Below, piece after piece: positions 9,325 through 18,815 of a DNA stretch of 64,000 nucleotides. This stretch comes from a virus. The notes under the pieces are model-generated. The model was given only the letters and a program-made list of their open reading frames with translations, did not search any database and was not told the DNA's origin. Position 1 is the first letter of the stretch, and each line of letters starts with the position of its first letter. The DNA lies in the IMG/VR virus record IMGVR_UViG_3300028840_004314, positions 20,486 through 84,485 of that record; one strand, 5' to 3'. The translations under genes and the position numbers were made by a program.

Positions 9325-10283
9325 TGATTTTTGAAGACCTACTCCAAAGTGTAGAAGAGGCGGGGTACATACTCCGTAAGGTGAAGGCCCCTTCTCGTCG
9401 GTGGATTTGGGAGTCCGTGGTGGACTACCCCAAGCCAGCCCTTCCCACTATTTGGAGGAAGGAAGGGGAAAAGTGGATTCTACGTGAAGAGGTTAGGGCC
9501 CAGATCAATGAGATCCTGGACACCTATCCGAAGTTTGATCTACTTCAAATAGGGGATCAGATCCACATCACTGGATCCATCGGTACTAACCAGTACACTC
9601 CGGATGCTGACATCGATGTACATATTGTAGTCGATCCAGGAATGTTCGGGGACCCAGAAGGGATACAACGAGAGGTGTTCAAGTTCTTCATAGATGCGGA
9701 CAACCGAATCGAAGGACACCCCGTGGAAGTGTATCTCCAGTACAACCCTGCTCAAGAAATGTTGTCGGATGCTGTATACGACTACAGGTCCGAGGAATGG
9801 GTGGTAGGACCTAAACTCGTAGACCCCTCTTATGACCCCCAGGAGGACTTTTCGGGCGTCCTGGCTGATGTCAGGGCCCAGGCCAGCCGGGCGGACCTAG
9901 GGATCGGTGAGCTACGTAGGGACATCGTGGATTATGAGACAATCCAGCAGGCCATTGAGGGCCTACCAAGTAGGGAACAGAAGATACTCCTCACGAAGTT
10001 ACAGGGGAAGTTGGTGGAGATACAACAGGATATTGATACCCTGTTGGACTTAAAGAAGGGTTGGGGTTTGATGCGACGGAAGTCCTCCATTCCAAAGGAT
10101 GAAACGGAGGCCCTTCAAAGTGTAGACCTGGCCAAGAGTTGGAGAGACGCGAATTTTACGTTCAAGATGTTGAACAGATACAAGTACATGCGGGTGATCG
10201 CTCTGTTGGATGGAATTGTAACGGGTAAAACGCTGGACGATGAAACCTTGGACACCATTAAGTCGGTTACAGGAATAGTGTAA
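9324..10283 (+). CDS. Pol-beta superfamily nucleotidyltransferase
   Basis: HITGSIGTNQYTPDADIDVHIV (GS...DxD) and third acidic residue in HPVEVY; helical C-terminal region. Confidence 0.75.
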   Translation: MIFEDLLQSVEEAGYILRKVKAPSRRWIWESVVDYPKPALPTIWRKEGEKWILREEVRAQINEILDTYPKFDLLQIGDQIHITGSIGTNQYTPDADIDVHIVVDPGMFGDPEGIQREVFKFFIDADNRIEGHPVEVYLQYNPAQEMLSDAVYDYRSEEWVVGPKLVDPSYDPQEDFSGVLADVRAQASRADLGIGELRRDIVDYETIQQAIEGLPSREQKILLTKLQGKLVEIQQDIDTLLDLKKGWGLMRRKSSIPKDETEALQSVDLAKSWRDANFTFKMLNRYKYMRVIALLDGIVTGKTLDDETLDTIKSVTGIV

Positions 10284-10657
10284 TGAGAAAAATCAACGAG
10301 TCCATGTACATCTACAGCCAGGACGAGTTAGGTCAGCTTCCCAACTTGTCTTTGAAAAAGAACATTCAGGATTTTTCTCTGTCTGATTTAACGAGGGCCC
10401 TTGGACCCGCCAGTTGGGAGTATGATCCGGCTTCAGGTGTATCGGAGTTACAGGATTACATCTGGGTTGGGAATTTGGATGGAGAAGATTTTATCATCGC
10501 CAACCATGGCACTGGTCCGGCGTACAAGGCCAGTGATGAAGAGTTGGATCCTGAATTTGAAGACTGGTGGTTCGGCGGAAAAGCCGATCCTGAAAAAGTA
10601 AAGGAGTACATCCAACTGGAGTTGTCGTACAAAGAGATGTTTGGTGAGTACCAATAA
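10283..10657 (+). CDS. Hypothetical protein
   Basis: TAATG coupling at both ends. Confidence 0.55.
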   Translation: MRKINESMYIYSQDELGQLPNLSLKKNIQDFSLSDLTRALGPASWEYDPASGVSELQDYIWVGNLDGEDFIIANHGTGPAYKASDEELDPEFEDWWFGGKADPEKVKEYIQLELSYKEMFGEYQ

Positions 10658-11133
10658 TGTCGAAGTTAATCCCAAGGTCCACGATAGATGCGTTGCGACA
10701 AAACGTTGTTGTCGCACTCGATATGACAGGCATCGACTGTGACCTATACATCCCGAACAATAGTGAGTCAGTAGAATCCGAGGATGCCTACGCCACCCCC
10801 GCCTCGTACACGTACACTCACTACACGACGGATGTTTTCATTGAATGGTCGCCTAACACACATCGTTTACGGGCCTTGGGTTTGTTTACAGATGATACAA
10901 ACCCAATTATCTGTAAATTCCCTCACAAGGGCGTGAACGACTCGGGTGTGACAGTTGCAATGGATCCGCTGATTAACAGTTATTTCAGTATCGATCCGGA
11001 GTATGTTCCATCCAACTTTTCCGGGTTCGATGAATTTCTGATAGTAGATATTCAAATACCGGCGATGCATGATGCCGCCATTGTGAAGTATTACAAGGTG
11101 GTGCCAAGAAGAAAAGAAACGTCTAGTGGATAG
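10657..11133 (+). CDS. Putative head-completion/neck protein (gp14-like)
   Basis: GIDCDLYIP...LRALGLF pattern; position upstream of the terminator and sheath genes. Confidence 0.4.
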   Translation: MSKLIPRSTIDALRQNVVVALDMTGIDCDLYIPNNSESVESEDAYATPASYTYTHYTTDVFIEWSPNTHRLRALGLFTDDTNPIICKFPHKGVNDSGVTVAMDPLINSYFSIDPEYVPSNFSGFDEFLIVDIQIPAMHDAAIVKYYKVVPRRKETSSG

Positions 11134-11142
11134 AGGTGTAAC

Positions 11143-11349
11143 ATGAGAGTAAACAGTATCAAAAACACAGGACATAGTCCAGTAACTGTGGAGTTGAAAG
11201 AGGGTGGAACTGTTCAGCTTCCAGTTGGGTGTGAACTCCAAGGAGTGGAAGTGAAAGGTCCTGGTTCCATAAAGGGAGAACATGAAGCCATTTACGACTG
11301 TAGTGATGTACGGGAATCCGGTCATGGACTTCAGAGATTGGACGGGTAA
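11143..11349 (+). CDS. Small hypothetical protein
   Basis: SD GAGGT; fills the gap in the operon. Confidence 0.5.
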   Translation: MRVNSIKNTGHSPVTVELKEGGTVQLPVGCELQGVEVKGPGSIKGEHEAIYDCSDVRESGHGLQRLDG

Positions 11350-11350
11350 C

Positions 11351-11623
11351 ATGCAGTATGATCCACAATTGGTGACGGCTACTACCCAAGGTTGTGTGGA
11401 GGCCTGGTGCCAATACCAGGAAGCTCATAGGAATGTGTTGGATCAGCTGGATGAGATGGGAGTTTGTTCTTGTCCAAACTGTGCTGCCATTCCAAATTGG
11501 TCTCTGGAAGGGTTTATTGAAAATTGGATGAACCTGTATGTACTAGGAAACGATCCAGTTTTCCGACAAACTGTGATGACTGCCGTGATACAACACTTGG
11601 CCGGGCGACACAAAGGTAAATAG
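11351..11623 (+). CDS. Small Cys-containing hypothetical protein
   Basis: CSCPNC; ATG two bases after the upstream stop. Confidence 0.45.
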   Translation: MQYDPQLVTATTQGCVEAWCQYQEAHRNVLDQLDEMGVCSCPNCAAIPNWSLEGFIENWMNLYVLGNDPVFRQTVMTAVIQHLAGRHKGK

Positions 11624-11625
11624 TA

Positions 11626-12342
11626 ATGGCCTCTTTTATCAAAACAATTGATTTGGCAGCAAGATCCGCGTTATACTCTAAGTTCAGGAGTATAATGGGA
11701 CTTACTTCCATCAATGAGGGAGTAGTGTACTTTCCGAAGGAAGTCGCCTTTCGAGAACTGTCGGAAAAGAAAGGGGCCCAGCTGACGGAGTTCGTTAATC
11801 TATGGAGGAGTAAAACAGGACCGTCGTGGGATAGAATGAGAACTCCCGCGGCCAGGCGTGGCATGAACATGGCGTATGTCAGTGGAACCACCAATGAGAT
11901 AACGCGTGTAACAGCTATGCCAATCGACTTGGGGTATGATGTTTGGTTCTGGACACTGGATTTGGATATTCTGAATCAGGTGAGTGAAACGTATTTGTTG
12001 TGGCAACACGCGAATCCGTACATGTCTCTAACGTACGCGGATTCCTTTCCTATGGAATTGGATCTACACTTTGGAGACATGGTGTATGAGGGTACACAAC
12101 AGAACATGTACAATGAAGGTGAACACCACATACTACATGTTCCACTGCGGGTTGATGGTTGGATACCATCTTCGAGTACATCGAAGTTGATCGAAACCAT
12201 CATTATGCGTATTTGGGATGAAGATGATCTGGAGTCCCCCTACGAGGAAGTTATACCCTCCACTGGGGACAATTATGATGCGGAAGTAGCCGCCCGGTTG
12301 ATCTTGTCTACCAGGACAATTACTTCAACGTCAATAACATAA
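11626..12342 (+). CDS. Tail terminator / sheath stabiliser (gp15-like)
   Basis: PIDLGYDVWFW...LRVDGW; directly upstream of the sheath gene. Confidence 0.55.
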   Translation: MASFIKTIDLAARSALYSKFRSIMGLTSINEGVVYFPKEVAFRELSEKKGAQLTEFVNLWRSKTGPSWDRMRTPAARRGMNMAYVSGTTNEITRVTAMPIDLGYDVWFWTLDLDILNQVSETYLLWQHANPYMSLTYADSFPMELDLHFGDMVYEGTQQNMYNEGEHHILHVPLRVDGWIPSSSTSKLIETIIMRIWDEDDLESPYEEVIPSTGDNYDAEVAARLILSTRTITSTSIT

Positions 12343-12375
12343 GTAGTTAATCCTTAGTAAGTAGGAGAAAACAAA

Positions 12376-14025
12376 ATGGCCTTCTATTTGTCACCGGGTG
12401 TGTATACCAAAGAAACAGATCTGTCGACTCTCGTTCCTCGTATCGCAACCACCACAGCAGGGTTGGTCGGGTACTCCAAACGTGGTACGACCGACACTAA
12501 TCTCATCACCTCCGCTCAGGACTTTGTTGCTGAGTATGGGGAGCCGGAAGTGGGTACCTATTTCCACTACACGGCCCTGGCCTACTTGGAGCAGGGCACA
12601 CAACTCTACTGCAAGCGCGTTATCAACGGGGCCCTGTTTGGTGGTATGCATGTTGTCCAGTCTGGGGCCTCCGGCAATAACGTGGCCTTTGACACAGGAC
12701 AGTCCACCGCGGCTTTTTACAATCAGTCGGGATTGTCGGATGAGCTGTTCAGTATCGTCGCCGCCAACCAAGGGGCCTGGGGCAATTCCATCTCCTGTAT
12801 CATCAAGAATGTGCAGGGGGCCGTCTCCGAGGTGACCGAGCAGTACACGTTTGAGATCGATGTCTATTGGACGGACTCGGATGGGAATTCATCCAGGGTG
12901 GAGAACTGGAAGGTGTCCAGGAAGACAAAGCTGGATGGCAATGGGAAACAGTTGTACTTGGAATCCAGGATCAACGGATACAGCAAGTACATCAAAGTCT
13001 ACGACAACACCGGATTGGCCGACACAGTGGTTCCCAAGACCAACGCGACGGCTGTATCCTTGGCAGGTGGGTCCGATGGTAGTGTTGCAACGGCCGCCCA
13101 GATCGCCGGCACGGCCTCGGCCTCCTCTGGTTGGTACGCCCTCCAGAATCCGGACGACGTGGACGTTCGTGTCCTCCTGGGAGGCGGTTTTACGTCCAGT
13201 CACAGTGCCAGTGACATCGTAACCATTCAAAGTGCCATGAAAACCGTGGCGGAAGCCAGAAAAGACTGCGTGGCCATTCTGGATGTACCATATTCGGAAA
13301 CGGCGGACGTCGATGACACTGTCACCTTCCGAAGTACTACCCAGGCCTTTGACAGTTCCTACTGTGCTCTGTACTCCCCCTGGGTGAAAATCAACGACAA
13401 TTACAACGACCGCGTGGTTGATGTACCTCCGAGTGGGTACGTTGGGGCACAGTTGGCATACAACGATTACGTCAAGTATCCCTGGTTCGCCGCGGCTGGC
13501 CACAACCGAGGAAAAGTCAATTCCTTGTCATTGTCCAAGGTGTTTACGGAGGGTATGAGAAACACTATTCATGCCCAACAGATCAATCCGTTGCAGGTGT
13601 TCCGCGGTCGTGGTGTTCGTATTTGGGGAGAATTGACAGAACAGTCGAAATCGTCTGCCCTGTCTAGCCTGGCAGTCCGCCGAACGTTGATTATCATCGA
13701 GAAGTCCATCTCGGTGGTACTCCAGGACTTCGTGTTTGAGCCCAACAGTGAGCTAACCAGGTTCCGTATCGAACAAATCTGTACGGAGTACCTGAGTACT
13801 CTGTCGTCTCAAGGGGCCTTCCAAACGGAGGCCGGCGATGATGGGTTCACTGTGGTCTGTAATACCACAAACAATACGCCTGCGGTGATTGATGCCCACG
13901 AGCTTCATGTGGATATCTTTGTGAAACCCTCCAGGGCCGCCTATTACATCCAGCTGCAGACGATCATCACTACGTCGGGAACCTCGTTCAACGAGCTGGT
14001 GGCACGTGGGGCCTTGTTCCAGTAA
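12376..14025 (+). CDS. Tail sheath protein (T4 gp18-like)
   Basis: LSPGVYTKETDLS, PPSG, PWFAAAGHNRG, INP, VRR, FVFEPN, VDIFVKP. Confidence 0.95.
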   Translation: MAFYLSPGVYTKETDLSTLVPRIATTTAGLVGYSKRGTTDTNLITSAQDFVAEYGEPEVGTYFHYTALAYLEQGTQLYCKRVINGALFGGMHVVQSGASGNNVAFDTGQSTAAFYNQSGLSDELFSIVAANQGAWGNSISCIIKNVQGAVSEVTEQYTFEIDVYWTDSDGNSSRVENWKVSRKTKLDGNGKQLYLESRINGYSKYIKVYDNTGLADTVVPKTNATAVSLAGGSDGSVATAAQIAGTASASSGWYALQNPDDVDVRVLLGGGFTSSHSASDIVTIQSAMKTVAEARKDCVAILDVPYSETADVDDTVTFRSTTQAFDSSYCALYSPWVKINDNYNDRVVDVPPSGYVGAQLAYNDYVKYPWFAAAGHNRGKVNSLSLSKVFTEGMRNTIHAQQINPLQVFRGRGVRIWGELTEQSKSSALSSLAVRRTLIIIEKSISVVLQDFVFEPNSELTRFRIEQICTEYLSTLSSQGAFQTEAGDDGFTVVCNTTNNTPAVIDAHELHVDIFVKPSRAAYYIQLQTIITTSGTSFNELVARGALFQ

Positions 14026-14077
14026 TCTATAAGCCGATGACTTTTACCCTGACCGGTAGTTTATAGGAGACCTTATC

Positions 14078-14581
14078 ATGGCTTACATGTCAGTAGACTC
14101 ATTAAGAAACAACCTAACCAATCCCGCTCGCGGGTATCTCTGGGAGGCCCTGATTCCGAATCCTCCCAGTGGTGACTCGGAGACCATGTTGCTGAGGTGT
14201 GTTTCCGCCAGCCTTCCTTCCAGGTCGTTTGGTGCCATCCTGATTCCGTTCAAACAGAGTGCAGGGGTGAAGTTTCCTGGGAAACTCACCTACGACCACA
14301 TCATAGACCTCACCTTCTTGGAAGGGGAGGACAGGGCTATGTTCGATGCCTTCTATGAGTGGTGTAACACCATCGTCAATGACAAAACAGGCGTTGGTTC
14401 GGTGTCTGTCAAGACGGACATCTATCTCCATCTGTTGAATACTGATGGGGAGGTGGCTTTGAAGATCCGTTTGGTGGGCTGTTACCCTGAACGTATGTCC
14501 GATGTTCCCCTGGATATGGGTTCCGAGGCGGAGATGCGGTTCACCATTGGATTCTCGTTTGATCGTTGGGAAAAGGGATAA
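14078..14581 (+). CDS. Tail tube protein (T4 gp19-like)
   Basis: NPARGYLWE, ASLPS, KFPGKLTY, FYEW, GCYP, FSFDRW; follows the sheath gene. Confidence 0.9.
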   Translation: MAYMSVDSLRNNLTNPARGYLWEALIPNPPSGDSETMLLRCVSASLPSRSFGAILIPFKQSAGVKFPGKLTYDHIIDLTFLEGEDRAMFDAFYEWCNTIVNDKTGVGSVSVKTDIYLHLLNTDGEVALKIRLVGCYPERMSDVPLDMGSEAEMRFTIGFSFDRWEKG

Positions 14582-15183
14582 TGAGCCTTTTAGAGTTCCA
14601 TGCCAACTATCCTCCAATTGTGCACGCCCAGAGGGCCTACAACTGGGAGGTTCTATTTCCGGATATCCGAGGCATACCCTTCATCGGTAACATTGAGGGG
14701 TATGCTGTGTCCAAATTCTGCCAAAACGCTTCTTTTGGTCAGTATAACATTGGACAGACTACGGAAGTAAAGGAAGGTGTGGAACAGGCTTTCTTCGCGG
14801 ACCTATTATCCTTGGAAACCGCTAGCTTCACCTTTATTTGTCCAGTTCCAGATAACGTGATGTTTTACTTCACGTCCTGGAAAAGCCTGATTGTGGATAA
14901 ACGAGGTCATTACAGCCCAGCCAACAAGTACAAAAAGACCATCACAGTGATACTGTATGATAGGTCCGGCCTACCTTCCAACTTTATTCGGTTGGAGAAG
15001 GCGTTTCCTATCAAGTATCCCGCTTACAGTCTGACCTACGCCGGGGAGGAACTTGTAAGGTACGATGTGGATGTGAAATTTGACAAGATCAGTATGGGGA
15101 CCACGGCTGTGGCCTCAGCTGTTGGAGGTATTATTGAGGGGGTGAATAGTGGAGTGCAGGCTATAACCGATGTAGTGTTTTAG
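14581..15183 (+). CDS. Second tube-fold protein (gp19/gp54-like tube initiator)
   Basis: RAYNWEV...W...YKKTI...AFP...VKFD tube-fold pattern. Confidence 0.7.
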   Translation: MSLLEFHANYPPIVHAQRAYNWEVLFPDIRGIPFIGNIEGYAVSKFCQNASFGQYNIGQTTEVKEGVEQAFFADLLSLETASFTFICPVPDNVMFYFTSWKSLIVDKRGHYSPANKYKKTITVILYDRSGLPSNFIRLEKAFPIKYPAYSLTYAGEELVRYDVDVKFDKISMGTTAVASAVGGIIEGVNSGVQAITDVVF

Positions 15184-15197
15184 AAAGGAATAGAGAG

Positions 15198-15890
15198 ATG
15201 AGTCGAGTACAAGTACATCTACCTTCAGGGTGCCAGCCCTACCCTGAGGTAGATCCGGAGGAGGTTTACCTACACACCTTTAAGGGTAAACACCAGCAAA
15301 TCATCGCCGAGATGGGCCCTAAGAATCTGAAGAAGAAGTTCCTCCACTTGATGGAGGATGTTTTGGAGGGTCCGGATCCCAAACTTCTCACTTCTGGAGA
15401 CGTAAAACACATCATGCTGTGGGAGTTAATCAACTCCTATTCTCATCTGTACGGCGTACGATTCCAGTGTCCTGCATGTCAGTTGAAGGTGAAAATGCAG
15501 GTGGATCTTACCATGATTGAAAGCCATGAGATGATTTCCTTTTCTGGACATCACGAGGTGGAACTTTCCGATGGGAAAACAATGCGGATTCGTCCGTATA
15601 CCATAATGGATGAAATAGAATCCGTGAATTACGCCTTGTCAGGAAAATCCCCCGTGCTTTACGATTTGGCGTTGACAATGATTCTGGAGGATACAAACGT
15701 TCTGGAGCGGTTGACGATGTTAGAGAACATGGACGCCAGGGATGTACAAGCCATTCAGCAAGGACACAAGGAGTTGGAACATGGACCTGACATGTTGGCT
15801 CCTTTCACTTGTCCCTACTGTGATGAGGAGGACCGCGTCGCGGTTCCCTTTCGGTTTGACGGAATTATTCTCCTCGGGATGGGATCTTGA
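15198..15890 (+). CDS. Baseplate hub assembly / tail assembly chaperone (gp26-like)
   Basis: LPSG, two CPxC motifs, VDL, lies between tube and tape measure genes. Confidence 0.7.
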   Translation: MSRVQVHLPSGCQPYPEVDPEEVYLHTFKGKHQQIIAEMGPKNLKKKFLHLMEDVLEGPDPKLLTSGDVKHIMLWELINSYSHLYGVRFQCPACQLKVKMQVDLTMIESHEMISFSGHHEVELSDGKTMRIRPYTIMDEIESVNYALSGKSPVLYDLALTMILEDTNVLERLTMLENMDARDVQAIQQGHKELEHGPDMLAPFTCPYCDEEDRVAVPFRFDGIILLGMGS

Positions 15891-16056
15891 ACAATTATGG
15901 GGCTGTAAATTCGATCTGTTGTATTACACTTCCATAGGAGGGGAGGCGTTTGATAATACGGATCTGAAACAATTGAAATGGCTCCATGGGAAACTGATCG
16001 AACAAAGAAAAAAGGAAATGGAACCTCCTAACAAGGTTGTAGAATACCCGAGTTGA
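15850..16056 (+). CDS. Probable +1 frameshift extension of the chaperone (GT-like product)
   Basis: Open +1 frame to 16056 with no start codon plus SD after the upstream stop; CCC TTT CGG at 15846-15854. Confidence 0.55.
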   Translation, partial: FGLTELFSSGWDLEQLWGCKFDLLYYTSIGGEAFDNTDLKQLKWLHGKLIEQRKKEMEPPNKVVEYPS

Positions 16057-16057
16057 A

Positions 16058-17635
16058 ATGGCTAAACAGATCCTAACCAAAGCGAGCGTTGATAAGGCCA
16101 TACTCCTTCAAAAGAGATTGGCGGAGGCGTACCTTCCCTTCTTTCAGTACGCTGTAACCTTCCTGGACGAACTGGGAAAACAGGGTAGGGATGAAAAAGG
16201 ACGATACACTCCGAAACGTCAGGTACGGGAGGCCTCCTTGGCTCGGGCGGCCATTGGGTACACCAAGAGATCCATTCGACTTATTGCGAAGGTGTACTTG
16301 AGTGAGACAAAACCAGAGGACAAGGATCTACAGGAACTTAATTTCAATCTGGACATTATACAGCAAAACTATGATGACATAGTACAGCTGTTGGATTCCG
16401 AGGAACAGGTGGCTGGTAAGTTGGACGACGCCTTGTCCAATCTGGGTTTGTCTGCCAGGGATTTGGATATGCGAGTCAAGGCCCAGCGGAAACGTCGACA
16501 AAGTGGGAGGGCTGGTCTTCGTCAGGGATTTGGTATACCGTACTTCAAGACGATCGCCGCCTACGGAGGTTTGAAGGCCGTTACGCAGGCCCTAGGTCCG
16601 TTGATGGGTCCTTTGTATGGTCCGCTTTCCCTATTGGGAGATATTGGTTTTGGTGTAGGTCGTGGTGGTATTGGTTTGTACAACACTCTTTTCAACAGGG
16701 AAAAGGGTGGGCCAATTGGTGGAGGTATAACTGACTTTAGTTTCCTGGAGGATGACGTTCCGATGGGACAGCCGGCGGCCGCCCCCGCAGCTACTGCGGC
16801 AGGTCCTTCAATTTCTCCGGCAGCCATCAAAAGCTCCATAACTGGTGGAATATCCGCTGGGCTGTTTGACTTTTTTAATGATGGGGCCCTTAAAGCCAAG
16901 TACACTGCCAGGGCCTTAAGAGCCTTGGAAACCATGGCCGGTCAGGATGGGAAAGGTGGAAAGTCCTCTTGGATTGGTAAGTTGGGGGATACATTCAAGT
17001 CAGTACTGGCTGGTATGGGACTGAGCGGTGGATTATCTGGGTTGTTATCCTCCTCCATTGTAAAGGGATTGGCCAAGTCATCCTTTGCGATCGCCGCCGC
17101 GGCTGTTACATTGTACGCCGGGAAGGTGTTGTGGGATCGTTGGGAGAAGACAAAGGATGCTGTAGGAGAGTTTATAGAATCCCGTGGTAGGGAAACAGGA
17201 TTCACCCAAAAACTGTTGGACCAGGCCCGTGCCCGACGTGAGGCTGGCGATTTTGAAGGTGCCAACCGATTGGAGGCCTCGGCTTACGCCACCTCCGAAC
17301 AGGGAAAGTTAGTTACAGCGGAACAAATGTACGGGGCCATAACAGGTACTCCTATACCCTCAGGGGAAGGGCTGCCAGAGGTGCCTATTGGAACCAGAAA
17401 CCCCGAATTAGATGCCGTAATGGATAAGGTATTCCCCAATATGGGACCCAAACTTCCTACAAGGGAGCAGCTGTCCCAGCCAGATCCATTCGCTTCTCCG
17501 GCTTGGCAGGAGTTTTTGAAAGAATTGAAAGCCATGAATCAAGGCGGTAGTCTAGACACAGAACGTATGATGGAGCCATCCCCCGTGGGTACTTCCAGGG
17601 AGACGGACGCCATTAACAGAATACCGGGTGAATAA
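16058..17635 (+). CDS. Tape-measure-like protein
   Basis: Helical N-terminus, Gly/Ala-rich hydrophobic segments; position after the chaperone. Confidence 0.55.
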   Translation: MAKQILTKASVDKAILLQKRLAEAYLPFFQYAVTFLDELGKQGRDEKGRYTPKRQVREASLARAAIGYTKRSIRLIAKVYLSETKPEDKDLQELNFNLDIIQQNYDDIVQLLDSEEQVAGKLDDALSNLGLSARDLDMRVKAQRKRRQSGRAGLRQGFGIPYFKTIAAYGGLKAVTQALGPLMGPLYGPLSLLGDIGFGVGRGGIGLYNTLFNREKGGPIGGGITDFSFLEDDVPMGQPAAAPAATAAGPSISPAAIKSSITGGISAGLFDFFNDGALKAKYTARALRALETMAGQDGKGGKSSWIGKLGDTFKSVLAGMGLSGGLSGLLSSSIVKGLAKSSFAIAAAAVTLYAGKVLWDRWEKTKDAVGEFIESRGRETGFTQKLLDQARARREAGDFEGANRLEASAYATSEQGKLVTAEQMYGAITGTPIPSGEGLPEVPIGTRNPELDAVMDKVFPNMGPKLPTREQLSQPDPFASPAWQEFLKELKAMNQGGSLDTERMMEPSPVGTSRETDAINRIPGE

Positions 17636-17637
17636 TT

Positions 17638-18513
17638 ATGGGTACTACATCGAATGTAGTTTCATTTAGTGCCACCATTAGTAACGCTACTGGTGTTATC
17701 AATTCTTCTGCCAGATCCTACCAGGATACTCGATGGGGCCCCGCCGGAGACTTTGGTTATGTGGGACAGAGTGTCAATCCCAATTATGTAATCATCATCC
17801 GAAGTCAGCAGTTGATGTGTTCGGTTAGGGCCTTGTTACAAGACAAGTTTACCATGAAGGCCACGTCGGAATGGCGTTCTGTTTTTGGTGGTGGTAGAAT
17901 ATCCTCCCGTATTCAAGAGGGTATCCAATATCTAACAGGAAGGGCCCTTGTGAATAAGTTGATGTCCCGTCGAATATGGTCGGGCACATCTCCTTTGACA
18001 TTTACTATTCCATTGAAATTCGAAGCTCTGGACGATGCTCTATCCGAGGTGTTTCTTCCCTGTCTGAAGCTGGAGCAAATGGTTTTACCTACCCAGTTTG
18101 ACACCAATAGTACAGGGGAGGTAGCTGTGGAGGGACAGGGAAGAGGCCTGTTGAATAGGTTCTCTGTTACTCCTCCTGGACCGTCTCCGTATGAGGATCT
18201 TCCTGGTTGGAAGGATGATGACTCCAGACGTAAAGGGTCGGAGCGTATTAGTGTTTCCATTGGCAATTTGGTGAACTTCCCCAACGTTATTATGAGGGAA
18301 GTTACAATCGATCTTGCTAACAAGTTCACGGAGGAAGGGCATCCAGTATCTGGCACGGCGAACATAGTCTTTGAAACCTACACCATGCTAACAAAGGAAG
18401 ATGTACTTGGTGGGGAGGAGGCTTTCGCCAGTACCAAGGGACGTGCAGAAAATAGTTCTTTGGTCTCCGCGGTACTTAGTGGTAGTGAAAAGTATGGAGT
18501 GATAGCCGGATGA
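17638..18513 (+). CDS. Baseplate tail-tube cap (gp48-like)
   Basis: WSGTSPLTF...LP...PP...IGNL...VTI tube-initiator pattern; synteny. Confidence 0.55.
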   Translation: MGTTSNVVSFSATISNATGVINSSARSYQDTRWGPAGDFGYVGQSVNPNYVIIIRSQQLMCSVRALLQDKFTMKATSEWRSVFGGGRISSRIQEGIQYLTGRALVNKLMSRRIWSGTSPLTFTIPLKFEALDDALSEVFLPCLKLEQMVLPTQFDTNSTGEVAVEGQGRGLLNRFSVTPPGPSPYEDLPGWKDDDSRRKGSERISVSIGNLVNFPNVIMREVTIDLANKFTEEGHPVSGTANIVFETYTMLTKEDVLGGEEAFASTKGRAENSSLVSAVLSGSEKYGVIAG

Positions 18514-18815
18514 ACCGACTAAAATTCTTCCAAAAAGTAACTGTAAACGGTACTCCAGAGGTGGACTTCCTCTGGAACAATCTGTCGAAATTCGAACTGA
18601 AATACGAGCCGTTCTACTATCGTATTGAAGAAGAGGATTTCATGCGGCCAGATCTTATCAGTTACAAGATATATGGCTCAGTAAGATACTGGTGGGTGAT
18701 CCTCTTGGTGAATAAAGTACAGGACCCTTACTCGGAGTTGACAGTAGGAGCCCTTATTCAACTACCGTCTATGCAGGACATCTATGAGTTCAACAAACGC
18801 TGGAGAGCCCGTTAA
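18510..18815 (+). CDS. Baseplate wedge LysM-like protein (gp53-like)
   Basis: RPDLISYKIYGSVRYWWVILLVNKVQDP. Confidence 0.85.
   Translation: MNRLKFFQKVTVNGTPEVDFLWNNLSKFELKYEPFYYRIEEEDFMRPDLISYKIYGSVRYWWVILLVNKVQDPYSELTVGALIQLPSMQDIYEFNKRWRAR

Noticed and set aside
12889-13503. Long antisense ORFs over the sheath gene (similarly 7897-8589, 58950-59558, 60386-61006, 62233-62745)
   Set aside because: They lie opposite well-supported genes and have no recognisable motifs
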